Positions 8,981 to 19,610 are shown, counted from the first letter of the stretch. The stretch: DNA of 64,000 bases from an uncultured Flavobacteriales bacterium (GCA_964595205.1 CAZQOQ010000007.1:40369-104368); one strand, 5' to 3'. Numbers and translations: made by a program. Notes: generated by a model not told the origin, from the sequence alone.

Positions 8981-9979
8981 CTAAAAATTGCGGAATCCGA
9001 TGGCTTTTCTCACCTCAGTCATGGTAGAAGAAGCGCTTTCATGGGCTTTTGCACGCCCCTTGGCTGTGACGCTTTTAAGGAACTTTTCGTCGTTGCTGAT
9101 TTCAATGATTCTTTCTCTAAGCGGAGTGGTAAAAACGATGATGTCTTCGGCCAGTTGTTTCTTCATATCACCATAACGAATTTTCATTCCATTATATAAG
9201 TCATCAAAATGCTTGATGGTATCTTCTGAAGAAACGGCCTTCATGAGAGTGAAAAGGTTCTGTATGATTTCCGGTTTTTCCTGGTTTTCTTTTTCGGGTC
9301 CGCTGTCGGTTACAGCGCGCATAACTTTTTTTCTGATCACTTCTGGTGGGTCGCTGAGGAAGATGGCATTTCCTTCGCCTTCGCTCTTTCCCATCTTTCC
9401 GGAGCCGTCGAGACCGGGAATTTTCACGAGTGTAGTTCCATAGTTAAAGGCAAAGGGTTCCGGAAAGAGTTCGGTTTTATACAGGCGGTTGAAACGGTTT
9501 CCGAATTGTCGGGCCATTTCGAGATGCTGTTCCTGGTCTTTTCCTACGGGAACTTTAGTAGCACGGTGAATGAGGATATCCGCGGCCATCAGCGTAGGAT
9601 AGGTTAGGAGACCTGCATTGATATTATCAGGCTGCTGGCGGATTTTTTCTTTGAAAGAAGTTACGCGTTCGAGTTCGCCGACATAAGCATTCATGTTGAA
9701 GAACAGGTAAAGTTCGGCGATTTCAGGAATATCGCTTTGAATATAGATTGTCGATGCATCAGGATCGAGGCCGCAGGCGAGGTATTCGACCAGTACCTGT
9801 TTCACATTGCTGTGAAAATTTTCGGGAGTTGGATGTGTGGTGAGTGAATGATAATCGGCGATAAAAAAGAAACAATCGTATTCGTGCTGCATTTTGATAA
9901 AATTCTTCAATGCGCCAAAATAGTTTCCAAGATGCAAATTACCCGTACTGCGAATGCCGCTGACTACCTTCTCTTTCAT
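8981..9979 (-). CDS. trpS: Tryptophan--tRNA ligase
   Basis: HIGH-like HLGNY motif, VPVGKDQEQH, and KMSKS-like KMGKS. Confidence 0.97.
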   Translation of the reverse strand: MKEKVVSGIRSTGNLHLGNYFGALKNFIKMQHEYDCFFFIADYHSLTTHPTPENFHSNVKQVLVEYLACGLDPDASTIYIQSDIPEIAELYLFFNMNAYVGELERVTSFKEKIRQQPDNINAGLLTYPTLMAADILIHRATKVPVGKDQEQHLEMARQFGNRFNRLYKTELFPEPFAFNYGTTLVKIPGLDGSGKMGKSEGEGNAIFLSDPPEVIRKKVMRAVTDSGPEKENQEKPEIIQNLFTLMKAVSSEDTIKHFDDLYNGMKIRYGDMKKQLAEDIIVFTTPLRERIIEISNDEKFLKSVTAKGRAKAHESASSTMTEVRKAIGFRNF

Positions 9980-10076
9980 GTTGCGAAAGTAAATTTTATT
10001 CTTTTAACCTTTAATTCCTACGAATATTATTATAAATTTATAGCTTTAATGATTACATATTCTAAATTGAATTAAT

Positions 10077-11846
10077 ATGAAATACATTTACATCCTTTCA
10101 TTAATTTTACTTTTGAATTTTAAAGCAGGAGCAACTGACCCGGAATGGCTTCCTAATGTATTATTTGACGTTCAGAATTTTACCAATGCTATTCATTGTA
10201 CCGGTGGAGTTGGCTACATACATCCTTTCCTTTCAGGAGGATGGATTAATGATTCACTGGCATTCTCCTGGTTTGATGCTAATGGAGATGCGCTAACTCA
10301 ATCTTTTAATTTGGACTCAGTCAATGCCGGACTATATTATTTTGAGGTTCGATTTCATACCTGGCCTGAGGGATTTGGTTATTGGTTTATTGTTACAATT
10401 GACGACCCAGGCCCAATAGAAGTTTCATTTCAGGTTAGTGAAGCTGGTAATTATAATATAGCTCAGGTCGATGGAAGCGATGGTTTTATAACCACAGAAG
10501 TTACCGGTGGCATACAGGGTTATACCTATTTATGGTCGAATGGAACCACTACAGCAAATTTATATAATCTGGTTGCAGGTAATTATTCTGTAATTGTAAC
10601 AGATAATACAGGTTGTACTGCTTCTGCAAATATTACATTAACGGAACCTCCATCGATGCTCCATGTAGTCAGTATTTCAAGCCCAGTGAAAAACGGCACT
10701 TCATATAACGTTAGTTCAAAAGGTGCAGAAGATGGGAAGATTAATTTGACTGTTTCTGGAGGATCACCGCCATATACGTATCAGTGGTATCCATATGGTA
10801 AAAATGAAAGAAATCCGGACACCTTGCGTGCTCGTGAATATACGGTCGTTGTTACTGATGCATCCGGAGAAAGTATTTCGCAGAAAATTACACTAACCGA
10901 GCCGGAAAAATTACAAATGCAAGTAACAGCTGCAGAATACACAATTAATTCGAAAAAATATAATTTGAGTTGTAATGATTGCAGTAATGGAAGTATTACA
11001 GCTTCGGTTTCCGGCGGAGTTGCTCCATTTACTTATACCTGGAGCTCTGGGCAAACAGTAACAACAACTGCGACATCGAACGTTATTTCTAACTTAACGG
11101 CTGGGAAATATGTAGTATATATTAATGATAAGAATGGTTCAGAATTGAAGGAAGGTATAGAATTAACGGCCCCGGACAGAGATGACTGGTCAATGTCTGG
11201 AAACGGAAATACAAATCCGAATATAAATTTCATTGGTACAACAGATAATAAAGATCTTATTTTGAAAACCAGTAATGACGAGAGAATTAGAATAACAGGA
11301 GATGGTAAAATAAAACTTGATTCAGTAGGTCCTGATACGATAAATGCAGTTTATCTAGATGAGCACGGCATACTTAAAGCAGGTCCTGGTGGTGGCGGTA
11401 ATCAACTTTGCAAAATACCAGCATATGCCTTTTACAGAAAATTATGTCCTGATGATAATAATTATTATTTTATAGGAAGCAATAATTCTGTTCCACCTTC
11501 TAAAATTGTTATTGGAAATCCTTCTTCTTTGCCAGGTTCTTATAAATTGTATGTTACGGGCGGTATCTTAACTGAGAAGTTACGTGTAGCTGATGCTTCT
11601 TCCAGTTACTGGGCCGATTTTGTTTTCGATAATAATTATAAGCTTAGAAGTTTGTCAGAGCTCAGTACATTTATTAGGACAAACAAACATTTACCCGATA
11701 TTCCTTCCGCAGAAGATATAAAGAATGAGGGAATAGATATTGCTGAAATTCAGGGTAAATTGTTACAGAAAATCGAAGAACTTACGTTGTATTTAATCAA
11801 GCAGCAGGAAGAGATTGATGAATTAAAAACAAAGTTAAAAAAATGA
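10077..11846 (+). CDS. Secreted SprB-repeat protein with C-terminal Bacteroidota tail-fibre/S74-chaperone-like coiled-coil domain
   Basis: Signal peptide; three SprB-like repeats (GG..PYTYxW...NLxAGxYxVxxTD); WSMSGN..FIGTTDNKDL motif; C-terminal WADFVF..HLPDIPSA..KLLQKIEELTLYLI. Confidence 0.7.
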   Translation: MKYIYILSLILLLNFKAGATDPEWLPNVLFDVQNFTNAIHCTGGVGYIHPFLSGGWINDSLAFSWFDANGDALTQSFNLDSVNAGLYYFEVRFHTWPEGFGYWFIVTIDDPGPIEVSFQVSEAGNYNIAQVDGSDGFITTEVTGGIQGYTYLWSNGTTTANLYNLVAGNYSVIVTDNTGCTASANITLTEPPSMLHVVSISSPVKNGTSYNVSSKGAEDGKINLTVSGGSPPYTYQWYPYGKNERNPDTLRAREYTVVVTDASGESISQKITLTEPEKLQMQVTAAEYTINSKKYNLSCNDCSNGSITASVSGGVAPFTYTWSSGQTVTTTATSNVISNLTAGKYVVYINDKNGSELKEGIELTAPDRDDWSMSGNGNTNPNINFIGTTDNKDLILKTSNDERIRITGDGKIKLDSVGPDTINAVYLDEHGILKAGPGGGGNQLCKIPAYAFYRKLCPDDNNYYFIGSNNSVPPSKIVIGNPSSLPGSYKLYVTGGILTEKLRVADASSSYWADFVFDNNYKLRSLSELSTFIRTNKHLPDIPSAEDIKNEGIDIAEIQGKLLQKIEELTLYLIKQQEEIDELKTKLKK

Positions 11847-13120
11847 AACTTTATTTAATATTTATCCTTATTTATATAATTCCTTCTAATTCACCAGCTC
11901 AATGGTCAAACTTAGATGGGGGTGCAAATGCACAGGTTAGGGATTTCTATTCGGATTCACTTAATGAACTAATTGTTGTAGGAGATTTCACACAAATTGG
12001 AGGTCAAAATATTAATAATATTGCTGTTTGGAATGGGTTTAATTGGAATTCATTTGGAAATAATTCTTCATTAGGCTCCTTTGGACAAATACTTAGTGTA
12101 GTAAAATATAACAATCAAATTGTTATTGGTGGAAGTTTTGATTCAATTAATAATGTTAGAGTAAATAATATTGCAAAATGGAATGGATCCACTTGGGAAG
12201 CAATGGGTAATGGATTTGATGATATTGTTTCGGCATTATTTGTTTATAAAGGTGATTTATATGCAGGTGGGTATTTTAATAATTCTGGATCAAATACCAT
12301 ACGTGCCATTGGAAAATGGAGCGGTGCAGGGTGGGATACTATTGGCAACTTTATTGGGATTGTAACATCTTTGGAAGAATTTCAAGGAAACCTAATTATT
12401 GCCGGAGTATTTCATCCTCAACTTTTCGCAGGCGATAATATAATAAGTTTTGATGGAAGTAGTTTTAATACAACTATTAGTAATATTGGCTCAACAGTAT
12501 TGAACATAAGAAATATTAATGATACACTTTATGCATGTGGTTCTTTTACTTCAATCCCGGGAAATCCTTCAAACTATTTAAGTGCGTATTATAATAATGT
12601 CTGGCATCCTATGCCAATACCCTCAGGATCAAATAATACAATTACTGATATAATCGAATTTAGAGGGAAAAAATATATTTGTGGTTTTTTTTCGAGTCCT
12701 CCAGACATTGGTGTTTTTAATGGAATTGGATATGATTCCTTGTTTAATGCCAATGGATTTATTTCTGGTTTTTATATTTTTAATAATCAACTTTATATGG
12801 CTGGACAATTTTTTCAAGCCATTGCTGGAGAAAATTATTATTGTATAATTAGCTACAATGATGTTTCAAACCATATTTCTGACAATCTGGTTTATAAAAA
12901 TGATTTGATGTTTATTTCAACCCCTTCTTACGGTATGATTGAAATGCAAATTTCAAATAATAAATTTTTCCAAATTGAAATTTATAATAATAAGGGGGTA
13001 AATGTTTTTACAAATTTAATATTTAATTCAATGAAAGTACATTTACCTCCGGGAACTTATTTTGTAAAGATTACAGATTCATTTAATAATAAGTCAGTTA
13101 AAAAAATAATAGTTTTATGA
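11843..13120 (+). CDS. T9SS type A CTD protein with beta-propeller-like repeats
   Basis: Signal peptide; repeats of IxxGxF...NIAxWNGxxW; CTD-like end (IEIYNNKG...PGTYFVKI...KKIIVL). Confidence 0.65.
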   Translation: MKLYLIFILIYIIPSNSPAQWSNLDGGANAQVRDFYSDSLNELIVVGDFTQIGGQNINNIAVWNGFNWNSFGNNSSLGSFGQILSVVKYNNQIVIGGSFDSINNVRVNNIAKWNGSTWEAMGNGFDDIVSALFVYKGDLYAGGYFNNSGSNTIRAIGKWSGAGWDTIGNFIGIVTSLEEFQGNLIIAGVFHPQLFAGDNIISFDGSSFNTTISNIGSTVLNIRNINDTLYACGSFTSIPGNPSNYLSAYYNNVWHPMPIPSGSNNTITDIIEFRGKKYICGFFSSPPDIGVFNGIGYDSLFNANGFISGFYIFNNQLYMAGQFFQAIAGENYYCIISYNDVSNHISDNLVYKNDLMFISTPSYGMIEMQISNNKFFQIEIYNNKGVNVFTNLIFNSMKVHLPPGTYFVKITDSFNNKSVKKIIVL

Positions 13121-15285
13121 AGAAATATTATATTGTTTTTTTTCTTGTACTTGAATATTCAAATACTATTAGCCAAGATGTAATTAATTCTTATTTAGAT
13201 TATAGTTGGCAACCATCTGGTAATTTAAATATTACAAGCACCCCAAGTCTTTATTATATAAATGAGTCGACAGAAACTTACAATGGTGAATATGAGATTT
13301 TACTAGATGAGTCCAATCCTTGGGGAAATCAATTTTGTGGCGGGATCTCAAATGCACCTTTTGATTTTAGTAAGTTTGCATTGAGTTATAAAATCGAATT
13401 AGTTTCATTTCCTTTTTCAACTGAATGCGCATTTCCAAGTTCAGCAAATCCAAGTGGAGGTTGTAATCAACCAAGTGAACGAATATTAAATGTTGCAGAT
13501 GACTTATTATATAATCAAGTTAATAAATGGGAATACGAACCATCTAATGTTCTTGAATATTCCCTATGGAGAATTACAGAAGAAAGACTTTTTAATCGAA
13601 ATTCAACATTTGTAAAAGCTTTTAGTGATCAGTCAAATCCGAATACTTTGGTAAGTAGTGCATTCGTAAAAACGACAGGAACAGCAGCTGGGAGATATGT
13701 TTTACCACATTCAATATTAAAACATACAGTTTTTTTACGGTGCGGTAATTTAATAAATAGCCCAATTTTATCATCTTTTACTTGGTATTCGGATTTAACT
13801 AGAGGAAGAATGCGTGAATATCCTTTTTATTTTGGAGCGGGTTCCGCAAATTTACAATCGTGGGATATAATAACTAGACCTGAAATTTTCAATTTTGGAA
13901 TTTATTCATCCACTGATAATTCAAATTGTTGTTTCAACAGACCACTCATAGGAGCGAATTGTAATGGAGCAAGTAATTTTGAAGGGTACAATATTAATTA
14001 CACCCCCTTTGATCCAACATTTGATGATTTTTGTGCATTTGTTCCAAACATTTCAAACCCATACAACTCTGAATATTTTTCAAATTCCTCCACCTACAAT
14101 CAAATAGGCGGGCTATTATTATCAGACTATACAGTTATTGCATCTACTTCACCAAGAAATTTTAATGGAACAACCTTAGCTGGTTATGTTTTAAACAATA
14201 ACGATGAATTAGAACCTATTGATCCAAATCCGCCATTATTTCAAAAATATTATATTGATAAAAATATTACTATAAATAATATTAACAATATTGAACGTAC
14301 CATTTTCAATCCATCAGAAGCATACATCACTGCAAATAATTTAAAATTTCCAACTAATTATACATTTAAAACTATTCGTGGTATATATCCATATGCTTCT
14401 GAAGTTAAAGCCGCTGAAGACGATGTTTATAATGGGGGACCATTTACTGACCCTACTAAAGGAGATGTACCAGTTGAAACAGACTTATACAAAGATTTTC
14501 ATATAACAAATCCAATTTATCCTTCGAATGACCACCGTTATGCTTCTATTTATCATCTTATGACCGGAAGTAAATTGACCATTGAACCTTGCGTAAAAAT
14601 TTTCGATGCCACATTCGAAATTAACCCCGGCTCAGAAATGATATTTGAGAACTGGGCAACGAATCTGATAAATGTGAATCGTTATTTGTTATTGTTGAAT
14701 GGAGGAATTGTTACCAGACAGAATGACTATTTCTTATTTGAAAATAAAAGCATTTCGGATCGAATTTTAAAATGGAAATCCGCAACACATATTACCGCTG
14801 GAGATAATGTGGATCCGGCAACAACCAATGGTGAATATAGCATCGAGCCAAATGCACATGTTGAATTTATAGCAAACAATTATATTGAACTTGAATCGGG
14901 CTTTATTGCAAAAGAAGGCAGTGAATTTGAAGCTGCGATTGCTCCTGTTGTAATTCCTGCCTGTGGCCCGCTGAGGCTTAAAAATCCAAGGCAAATTTCC
15001 TCCACTGAAAATGGTAATTCCTCAGATATTGGTTACTTTACAATTTCACCGAACCCGACCAATGAGTATTCATATTTTATGTTTGAGCTATTCGGAAGAA
15101 CAAATTCTCAAATACTGGTTTATGATGCCATGGGCAAATTGATAAAACGCGTTGGGGAAAACTCATTATTGCCTACCGGCAAATATTCTTATAAATTGGA
15201 ATCAGCAGATCTGGCTTCAGGCATTTACTTTGCAAAATTAATTACTAATAATTCTGAGAAGTCGTTAAAGTTTGTCAAGCAATAA
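13117..15285 (+). CDS. T9SS type A CTD protein of unknown function
   Basis: C-terminal ISPNP..VYDAMGK..ASGIYFAKL..KFVKQ, preceded by an ITAG...IELESGF.A..GSEFEA small beta domain. I do not recognise the N-terminal region. Confidence 0.7.
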   Translation: MKKYYIVFFLVLEYSNTISQDVINSYLDYSWQPSGNLNITSTPSLYYINESTETYNGEYEILLDESNPWGNQFCGGISNAPFDFSKFALSYKIELVSFPFSTECAFPSSANPSGGCNQPSERILNVADDLLYNQVNKWEYEPSNVLEYSLWRITEERLFNRNSTFVKAFSDQSNPNTLVSSAFVKTTGTAAGRYVLPHSILKHTVFLRCGNLINSPILSSFTWYSDLTRGRMREYPFYFGAGSANLQSWDIITRPEIFNFGIYSSTDNSNCCFNRPLIGANCNGASNFEGYNINYTPFDPTFDDFCAFVPNISNPYNSEYFSNSSTYNQIGGLLLSDYTVIASTSPRNFNGTTLAGYVLNNNDELEPIDPNPPLFQKYYIDKNITINNINNIERTIFNPSEAYITANNLKFPTNYTFKTIRGIYPYASEVKAAEDDVYNGGPFTDPTKGDVPVETDLYKDFHITNPIYPSNDHRYASIYHLMTGSKLTIEPCVKIFDATFEINPGSEMIFENWATNLINVNRYLLLLNGGIVTRQNDYFLFENKSISDRILKWKSATHITAGDNVDPATTNGEYSIEPNAHVEFIANNYIELESGFIAKEGSEFEAAIAPVVIPACGPLRLKNPRQISSTENGNSSDIGYFTISPNPTNEYSYFMFELFGRTNSQILVYDAMGKLIKRVGENSLLPTGKYSYKLESADLASGIYFAKLITNNSEKSLKFVKQ

Positions 15286-15363
15286 AAATTTTTAGTTTAA
15301 ATTACTAAGCCCTTGTTTTAAAAGCAATAATTTTATTGTTGAAATAGTTTAACTGTAAATTAT

Positions 15364-15391
15364 TTTTAACTTTTAACTTTTGACTTTTGAC
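15364..15391. repeat. Short heptamer repeat (TTTTAAC)2(TTTTGAC)2
   Basis: Read directly, just upstream of the carboxylase gene. Confidence 0.75.
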
Positions 15392-15423
15392 TTTTCCCTA
15401 ATTTAGTCCTTTCCTAAAAAACG

Positions 15424-16965
15424 ATGGATTCAAAGACAACAGTTCTCGAGCAGAAAATCGAAGAAGCTAAACTGGGCGGCGGAGCAAAGCGAATCGAGGC
15501 TCAGCATAAAAAGAAAAAACTCACCGCAAGAGAAAGAATTCATTTTCTACTCGATGAAAACAGCTTCGAGGAAATCGGAATGCTGGTCACGCATCGTTCT
15601 ACAGACTTCGGACTGGAGAACGAAAAATATCCCGGCGACGGAGTAGTGACTGGTTACGGTAAAATCAACGGTCGACTGGTTTATCTCTTCGCCCAGGACT
15701 TTACGGTTTTCGGCGGATCGTTATCCGAAACTCATGCAGCAAAGATCTGCAGGATCATGGACCTGGCCATGCAGAATGGCGCGCCGGTTATCGGACTTAA
15801 CGATTCCGGTGGCGCACGAATCCAGGAGGGTGTCGTTTCCCTCGGCGGTTATGCTGATATATTTTACCGCAACGTTCAGGCTTCCGGAGTCATTCCCCAG
15901 ATTTCGGCAATCATGGGCCCATGCGCCGGAGGAGCTGTTTATTCTCCCGCCATCACCGACTTCATCATGATGGTTGAGAATTCATCCTATATGTTCGTCA
16001 CAGGGCCGAACGTTGTCAAGACGGTTACACACGAAAATGTTACCTCGGAAGAATTGGGAGGCGCAACTACTCATGCTACTAAGTCGGGCGTGACGCATTT
16101 TACAAGTTCAAACGAAGTAGAATGCCTCAACCTCATCAAAAACCTGGTCAATTACATGCCCCAGAATTGCGAGGAAGAATCGCCGCTTTACCCATATACT
16201 CCCGGCAACGAGAAAAGAAACAGGCTGAACAACATTATTCCCGAAAACCAGAACCAGCCATACGACATCAGGGAAGTGATCAATGAGACAATCGACACCG
16301 ATTCGTTTTTAGAAGTACACCAAAATTTTGCAGAAAACATTGTCATCGGTTTTGCCCGCATCGGTGGCAAGAGCATTGGCATCGTCGCAAATCAGCCCAT
16401 GCATCTTGCAGGTGTACTGGATATCCATGCCTCTACAAAAGCAGCGCGCTTCGTCAGGTTCTGCGACTGCTTTAACATTCCATTGCTTGTCTTCGAAGAT
16501 GTTCCCGGGTTTTTACCAGGAACTGACCAGGAATGGAACGGCATTATTTCTAACGGCGCGAAGCTGTTATATGCCTTCAGCGAAGCTACGGTTCCACGCA
16601 TTACGGTAATTACACGAAAAGCTTATGGCGGCGCCTACGACGTAATGAATTCCAAACACATCGGTGCCGATATGAACTTCGCCTGGCCATCGGCGGAAAT
16701 TGCAGTCATGGGCGCAAAAGGCGCCGCAGAAATTATCTTCAGGAAAGAGATTTCCGAATCTGAAAATCCCGAAGCTAAACTCCGGGAGAAGGAAGAAGAA
16801 TACAACCGCATGTTTGCAAATCCCTATAAAGCCGCTGAACGCGGATACATCGATGAAGTTATCCTGCCCGAAGATACACGCATCAAACTGATAAATGCAT
16901 TTCGAATGCTTTCAAACAAAGCGGTCAGGTTACCGCGAAAAAAACACGGCAACATCCCGCTGTAA
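15424..16965 (+). CDS. pccB: Acyl-CoA carboxylase beta subunit (propionyl-CoA carboxylase/methylmalonyl-CoA decarboxylase type)
   Basis: [39 protein letters not shown] and RKAYGGAY motifs, C-terminal KKHGNIPL. The direction of the reaction cannot be assigned from sequence. Confidence 0.88.
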   Translation: MDSKTTVLEQKIEEAKLGGGAKRIEAQHKKKKLTARERIHFLLDENSFEEIGMLVTHRSTDFGLENEKYPGDGVVTGYGKINGRLVYLFAQDFTVFGGSLSETHAAKICRIMDLAMQNGAPVIGLNDSGGARIQEGVVSLGGYADIFYRNVQASGVIPQISAIMGPCAGGAVYSPAITDFIMMVENSSYMFVTGPNVVKTVTHENVTSEELGGATTHATKSGVTHFTSSNEVECLNLIKNLVNYMPQNCEEESPLYPYTPGNEKRNRLNNIIPENQNQPYDIREVINETIDTDSFLEVHQNFAENIVIGFARIGGKSIGIVANQPMHLAGVLDIHASTKAARFVRFCDCFNIPLLVFEDVPGFLPGTDQEWNGIISNGAKLLYAFSEATVPRITVITRKAYGGAYDVMNSKHIGADMNFAWPSAEIAVMGAKGAAEIIFRKEISESENPEAKLREKEEEYNRMFANPYKAAERGYIDEVILPEDTRIKLINAFRMLSNKAVRLPRKKHGNIPL

Positions 16966-17006
16966 TTTAAATTATTATTTCCAATCGCTTAATCAAAGCG
17001 TTTCTT

Positions 17007-18314
17007 ATGAATATTCTGATACTCGGATCCGGCGGACGTGAACATGCATTAGCATGGAAAATTTCTCAGAGTAACCGGTGCGAAAAATTATTCATAGCCC
17101 CCGGTAATGCAGGAACCGCGAAGTGCGGCGAAAATGTAAATCTCGCGAATACCGATTTCCCTTCCATCAAAACTTTTACGCTCAAAAATAAAATTGATTT
17201 TATCGTCGTCGGACCCGAAGAGCCTCTCGTTAAAGGCATTGTTGATTTTTTCCGAAAAGACGATCAGCTAAAAGACGTTTTAATTCTGGGTCCGTCAGCT
17301 GAAGGCGCTATGCTCGAGGGAAGCAAGGATTACGCAAAGGAATTTATGTACAGGCATAATATTCCCACAGCTTCGTACAAGACATTCCGGAAAAATGAAA
17401 CCGAACAGGCAAAGTCATTTTTGAAAACCCTCAGGCCGCCATTTGTGCTTAAGGCCGACGGACTCGCAGCAGGTAAAGGAGTTCTGATACCGGCCACGAT
17501 CGAAGAGGCAAATGAAAACATAAATGAGATGCTCCAACATGCCAAATTCGGTTCAGCAGGAGAGAAGATTGTCATCGAAGAATTTCTGAAGGGAATAGAA
17601 CTCTCTGTTTTTGTATTGACGGATGGTGAATCCTATGTCATTCTTCCTGAAGCAAAGGATTATAAACGCATCGGCGATGGTGATGCCGGACCAAACACCG
17701 GTGGAATGGGTGCCGTCTCGCCTGTTCCGTTTGCAGATTCAGAATTCATGAGAAAAGTTGAAGAACGGATCGTACGACCTTCGATAGAAGGGCTGAAAAA
17801 AGAAAACATCGACTACCGCGGATTTCTGTTTATCGGACTGATGAATGTAAACGGTGATCCATTCGTAATCGAATACAATGTCAGGATGGGAGATCCCGAG
17901 ACGGAAGTCGTCTTTCCAAGAATCAGATCAGACGTCGTTGAACTTTTGTCGAATGCCGCTAAAGGAGAATTGAAAAACTCCAAACCGGATATTGATGAAC
18001 GTACGGCCGTAACAGTTATGATGGTAAGCAAAGGCTATCCGGGTGATTACGAAAAGGGAAAGGAAATTTTTACCGGAACAGAAAACCAGAGCAGCATTAT
18101 CTTTCATGCAGGGACATTGTTGAAAGACAATAAAGTGTTCACAAATGGCGGAAGAGTGCTATGCGTAACTTCTTTCGGAGAAAATATTATTGAAGCAAGA
18201 ACAAATTCTTACCGGCAGATTGAAAACATCACATTCGAAGGTATGTCTTTCAGAAAAGATATAGGCCTTGACCTGATTTCTGATGAAAATAGAAAGAGTC
18301 TTTTAACTACCTGA
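17007..18314 (+). CDS. purD: Phosphoribosylamine--glycine ligase
   Basis: GSGGREHA, APGNAG, LEGSK, KADGLAAGKGV and GPNTGGMG motifs. Confidence 0.98.
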   Translation: MNILILGSGGREHALAWKISQSNRCEKLFIAPGNAGTAKCGENVNLANTDFPSIKTFTLKNKIDFIVVGPEEPLVKGIVDFFRKDDQLKDVLILGPSAEGAMLEGSKDYAKEFMYRHNIPTASYKTFRKNETEQAKSFLKTLRPPFVLKADGLAAGKGVLIPATIEEANENINEMLQHAKFGSAGEKIVIEEFLKGIELSVFVLTDGESYVILPEAKDYKRIGDGDAGPNTGGMGAVSPVPFADSEFMRKVEERIVRPSIEGLKKENIDYRGFLFIGLMNVNGDPFVIEYNVRMGDPETEVVFPRIRSDVVELLSNAAKGELKNSKPDIDERTAVTVMMVSKGYPGDYEKGKEIFTGTENQSSIIFHAGTLLKDNKVFTNGGRVLCVTSFGENIIEARTNSYRQIENITFEGMSFRKDIGLDLISDENRKSLLTT

Positions 18315-18322
18315 ATCGTAAA

Positions 18323-18392
18323 TCCTGGTTCCTGGCTCCTGGCTCCTGGCTCTTGGTTCCTGGTTCTTGGCTCCTGGCTCTTGGTTCTTGGT
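18323..18392. repeat. Heptamer tandem array (TCYTGGY) x10
   Basis: Read directly. Lies between convergent genes; reverse-complement family of the array at 25984-26200. Confidence 0.92.
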
Positions 18393-18394
18393 TC

Positions 18395-18562
18395 TCAATC
18401 AAACTTCTCCACCGTCTTATGATCCTTCATGTATCGCAGCCATAGTACGAAAGCGATGAAGCCGATAACGATCAGCGCTTTATTAAGCCACAATCCGAAA
18501 AAAGGAACAACGGAAAAAATGAAACGAAAAAAGTCGCCGATCCAGTACCAGATGATATCCAT
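18395..18562 (-). CDS. Small membrane protein (55 aa), DUF6341-like; below the ORF-track length cut-off
   Basis: Manual translation: MDIIWYWIGDFFRFIFSVVPFFGLWLNKALIVIGFIAFVLWLRYMKDHKTVEKFD*. A TATATTTG -7 element lies at 18583-18590. The family name is from recalled Bacteroidota synteny with purD. Confidence 0.75.
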   Translation of the reverse strand: MDIIWYWIGDFFRFIFSVVPFFGLWLNKALIVIGFIAFVLWLRYMKDHKTVEKFD

Positions 18563-18582
18563 AATGTGAATTTTTACGGCGT

Positions 18583-18590
18583 CAAATATA
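18583..18590 (-). promoter_or_regulatory. -7 promoter element (TATATTTG) for the 55-aa ORF
   Basis: Exact TAnnTTTG match 21 nt upstream of the ATG at 18562. Confidence 0.6.
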
Positions 18591-18626
18591 AAAAGGATTC
18601 CTTATAATTCAATACATTTATCGCCA

Positions 18627-19607
18627 ATGATCCGCTTTTTTAAAACCCTGCAGCCAGCCACATTGTTTTTCGTGCCATTGGTGATTTTAGCGTTCTGGAT
18701 CAGGAACATATTCCATGCGAATCCCGTTACCGACAATAATTCATTGCCACTCTGGGATGTCGCCGCTTCTTTTTTTTCGGTATTCCCGTCAGCCGTCAAT
18801 TTCCTCATTCTAAGCGCCCTCATTTCTTTCCAGGCAATATACCTGAACCTGATGATAAACAGGCACGAGGTCATTTATAAAAACACATTTTTGCCCTCAT
18901 TCATGTTTGCGGTGTTGATCTCATCCACCCCGTCTTTTATGCAATTCCATCCGGTTCACCTGGTCAACTTATTGATGTTGTTTATTCTCAACCGTGCGTT
19001 CACGCTTTTTAAAAATGATTCACCCGTTTCCGCACTCTTCGACTGCGGTTTTTTATCTGGCATTGCCGCATTGATTTATTTTCCTGCAGTAATCATTTTG
19101 CCTTTCCTTTTAATTACACTGATAATCCTGCGGCCGTTTAAAATAAAGGAGTGGCTGATAACTATTATTGGAATTATTCTTCCCTATTTCTTTTTAAGTG
19201 TTTTCCTATTCTGGAATCACAATATCGCCGGATTCTGGAAGCTGTATATCGGAATGTTTTATGATCTGTCTCCGCATTTGACCATACAGCCTTATCCCGC
19301 AGTTACAGTTCTGTGTATTTACCTGCTGGTCTTGCTTGTTTATTCCCTGGTAAAACTGAGATTGAATTACAGGAAGAATATCATTCGCACCCGCAGCAAC
19401 GAACAGGTAATTTTTCTGTTGTTGATAACAGGCGCCGGATGGCTGTTATTGTCAGAGAAGATTGATATCATACATTTCGGATTTTTAATGATACCACTAT
19501 CGATCTTTTGCTCTTATTTATTTATCTCGGCCGGGAAAAGAACAATGATCTTCGAATATGTTTTGTGGGTGCTGTTGATATTGATTGTCTGGAATCAATT
19601 CCCGTAA
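18627..19607 (+). CDS. Polytopic membrane protein, DUF6427-like
   Basis: About 10 hydrophobic segments. The family assignment is from recalled Bacteroidota context. Confidence 0.65.
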   Translation: MIRFFKTLQPATLFFVPLVILAFWIRNIFHANPVTDNNSLPLWDVAASFFSVFPSAVNFLILSALISFQAIYLNLMINRHEVIYKNTFLPSFMFAVLISSTPSFMQFHPVHLVNLLMLFILNRAFTLFKNDSPVSALFDCGFLSGIAALIYFPAVIILPFLLITLIILRPFKIKEWLITIIGIILPYFFLSVFLFWNHNIAGFWKLYIGMFYDLSPHLTIQPYPAVTVLCIYLLVLLVYSLVKLRLNYRKNIIRTRSNEQVIFLLLITGAGWLLLSEKIDIIHFGFLMIPLSIFCSYLFISAGKRTMIFEYVLWVLLILIVWNQFP

Positions 19608-19610
19608 AAA

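Noticed and set aside
9980-10076. T-box or attenuator upstream of trpS
   Set aside because: The region is short and AT-rich with no T-box motif or leader peptide visible.
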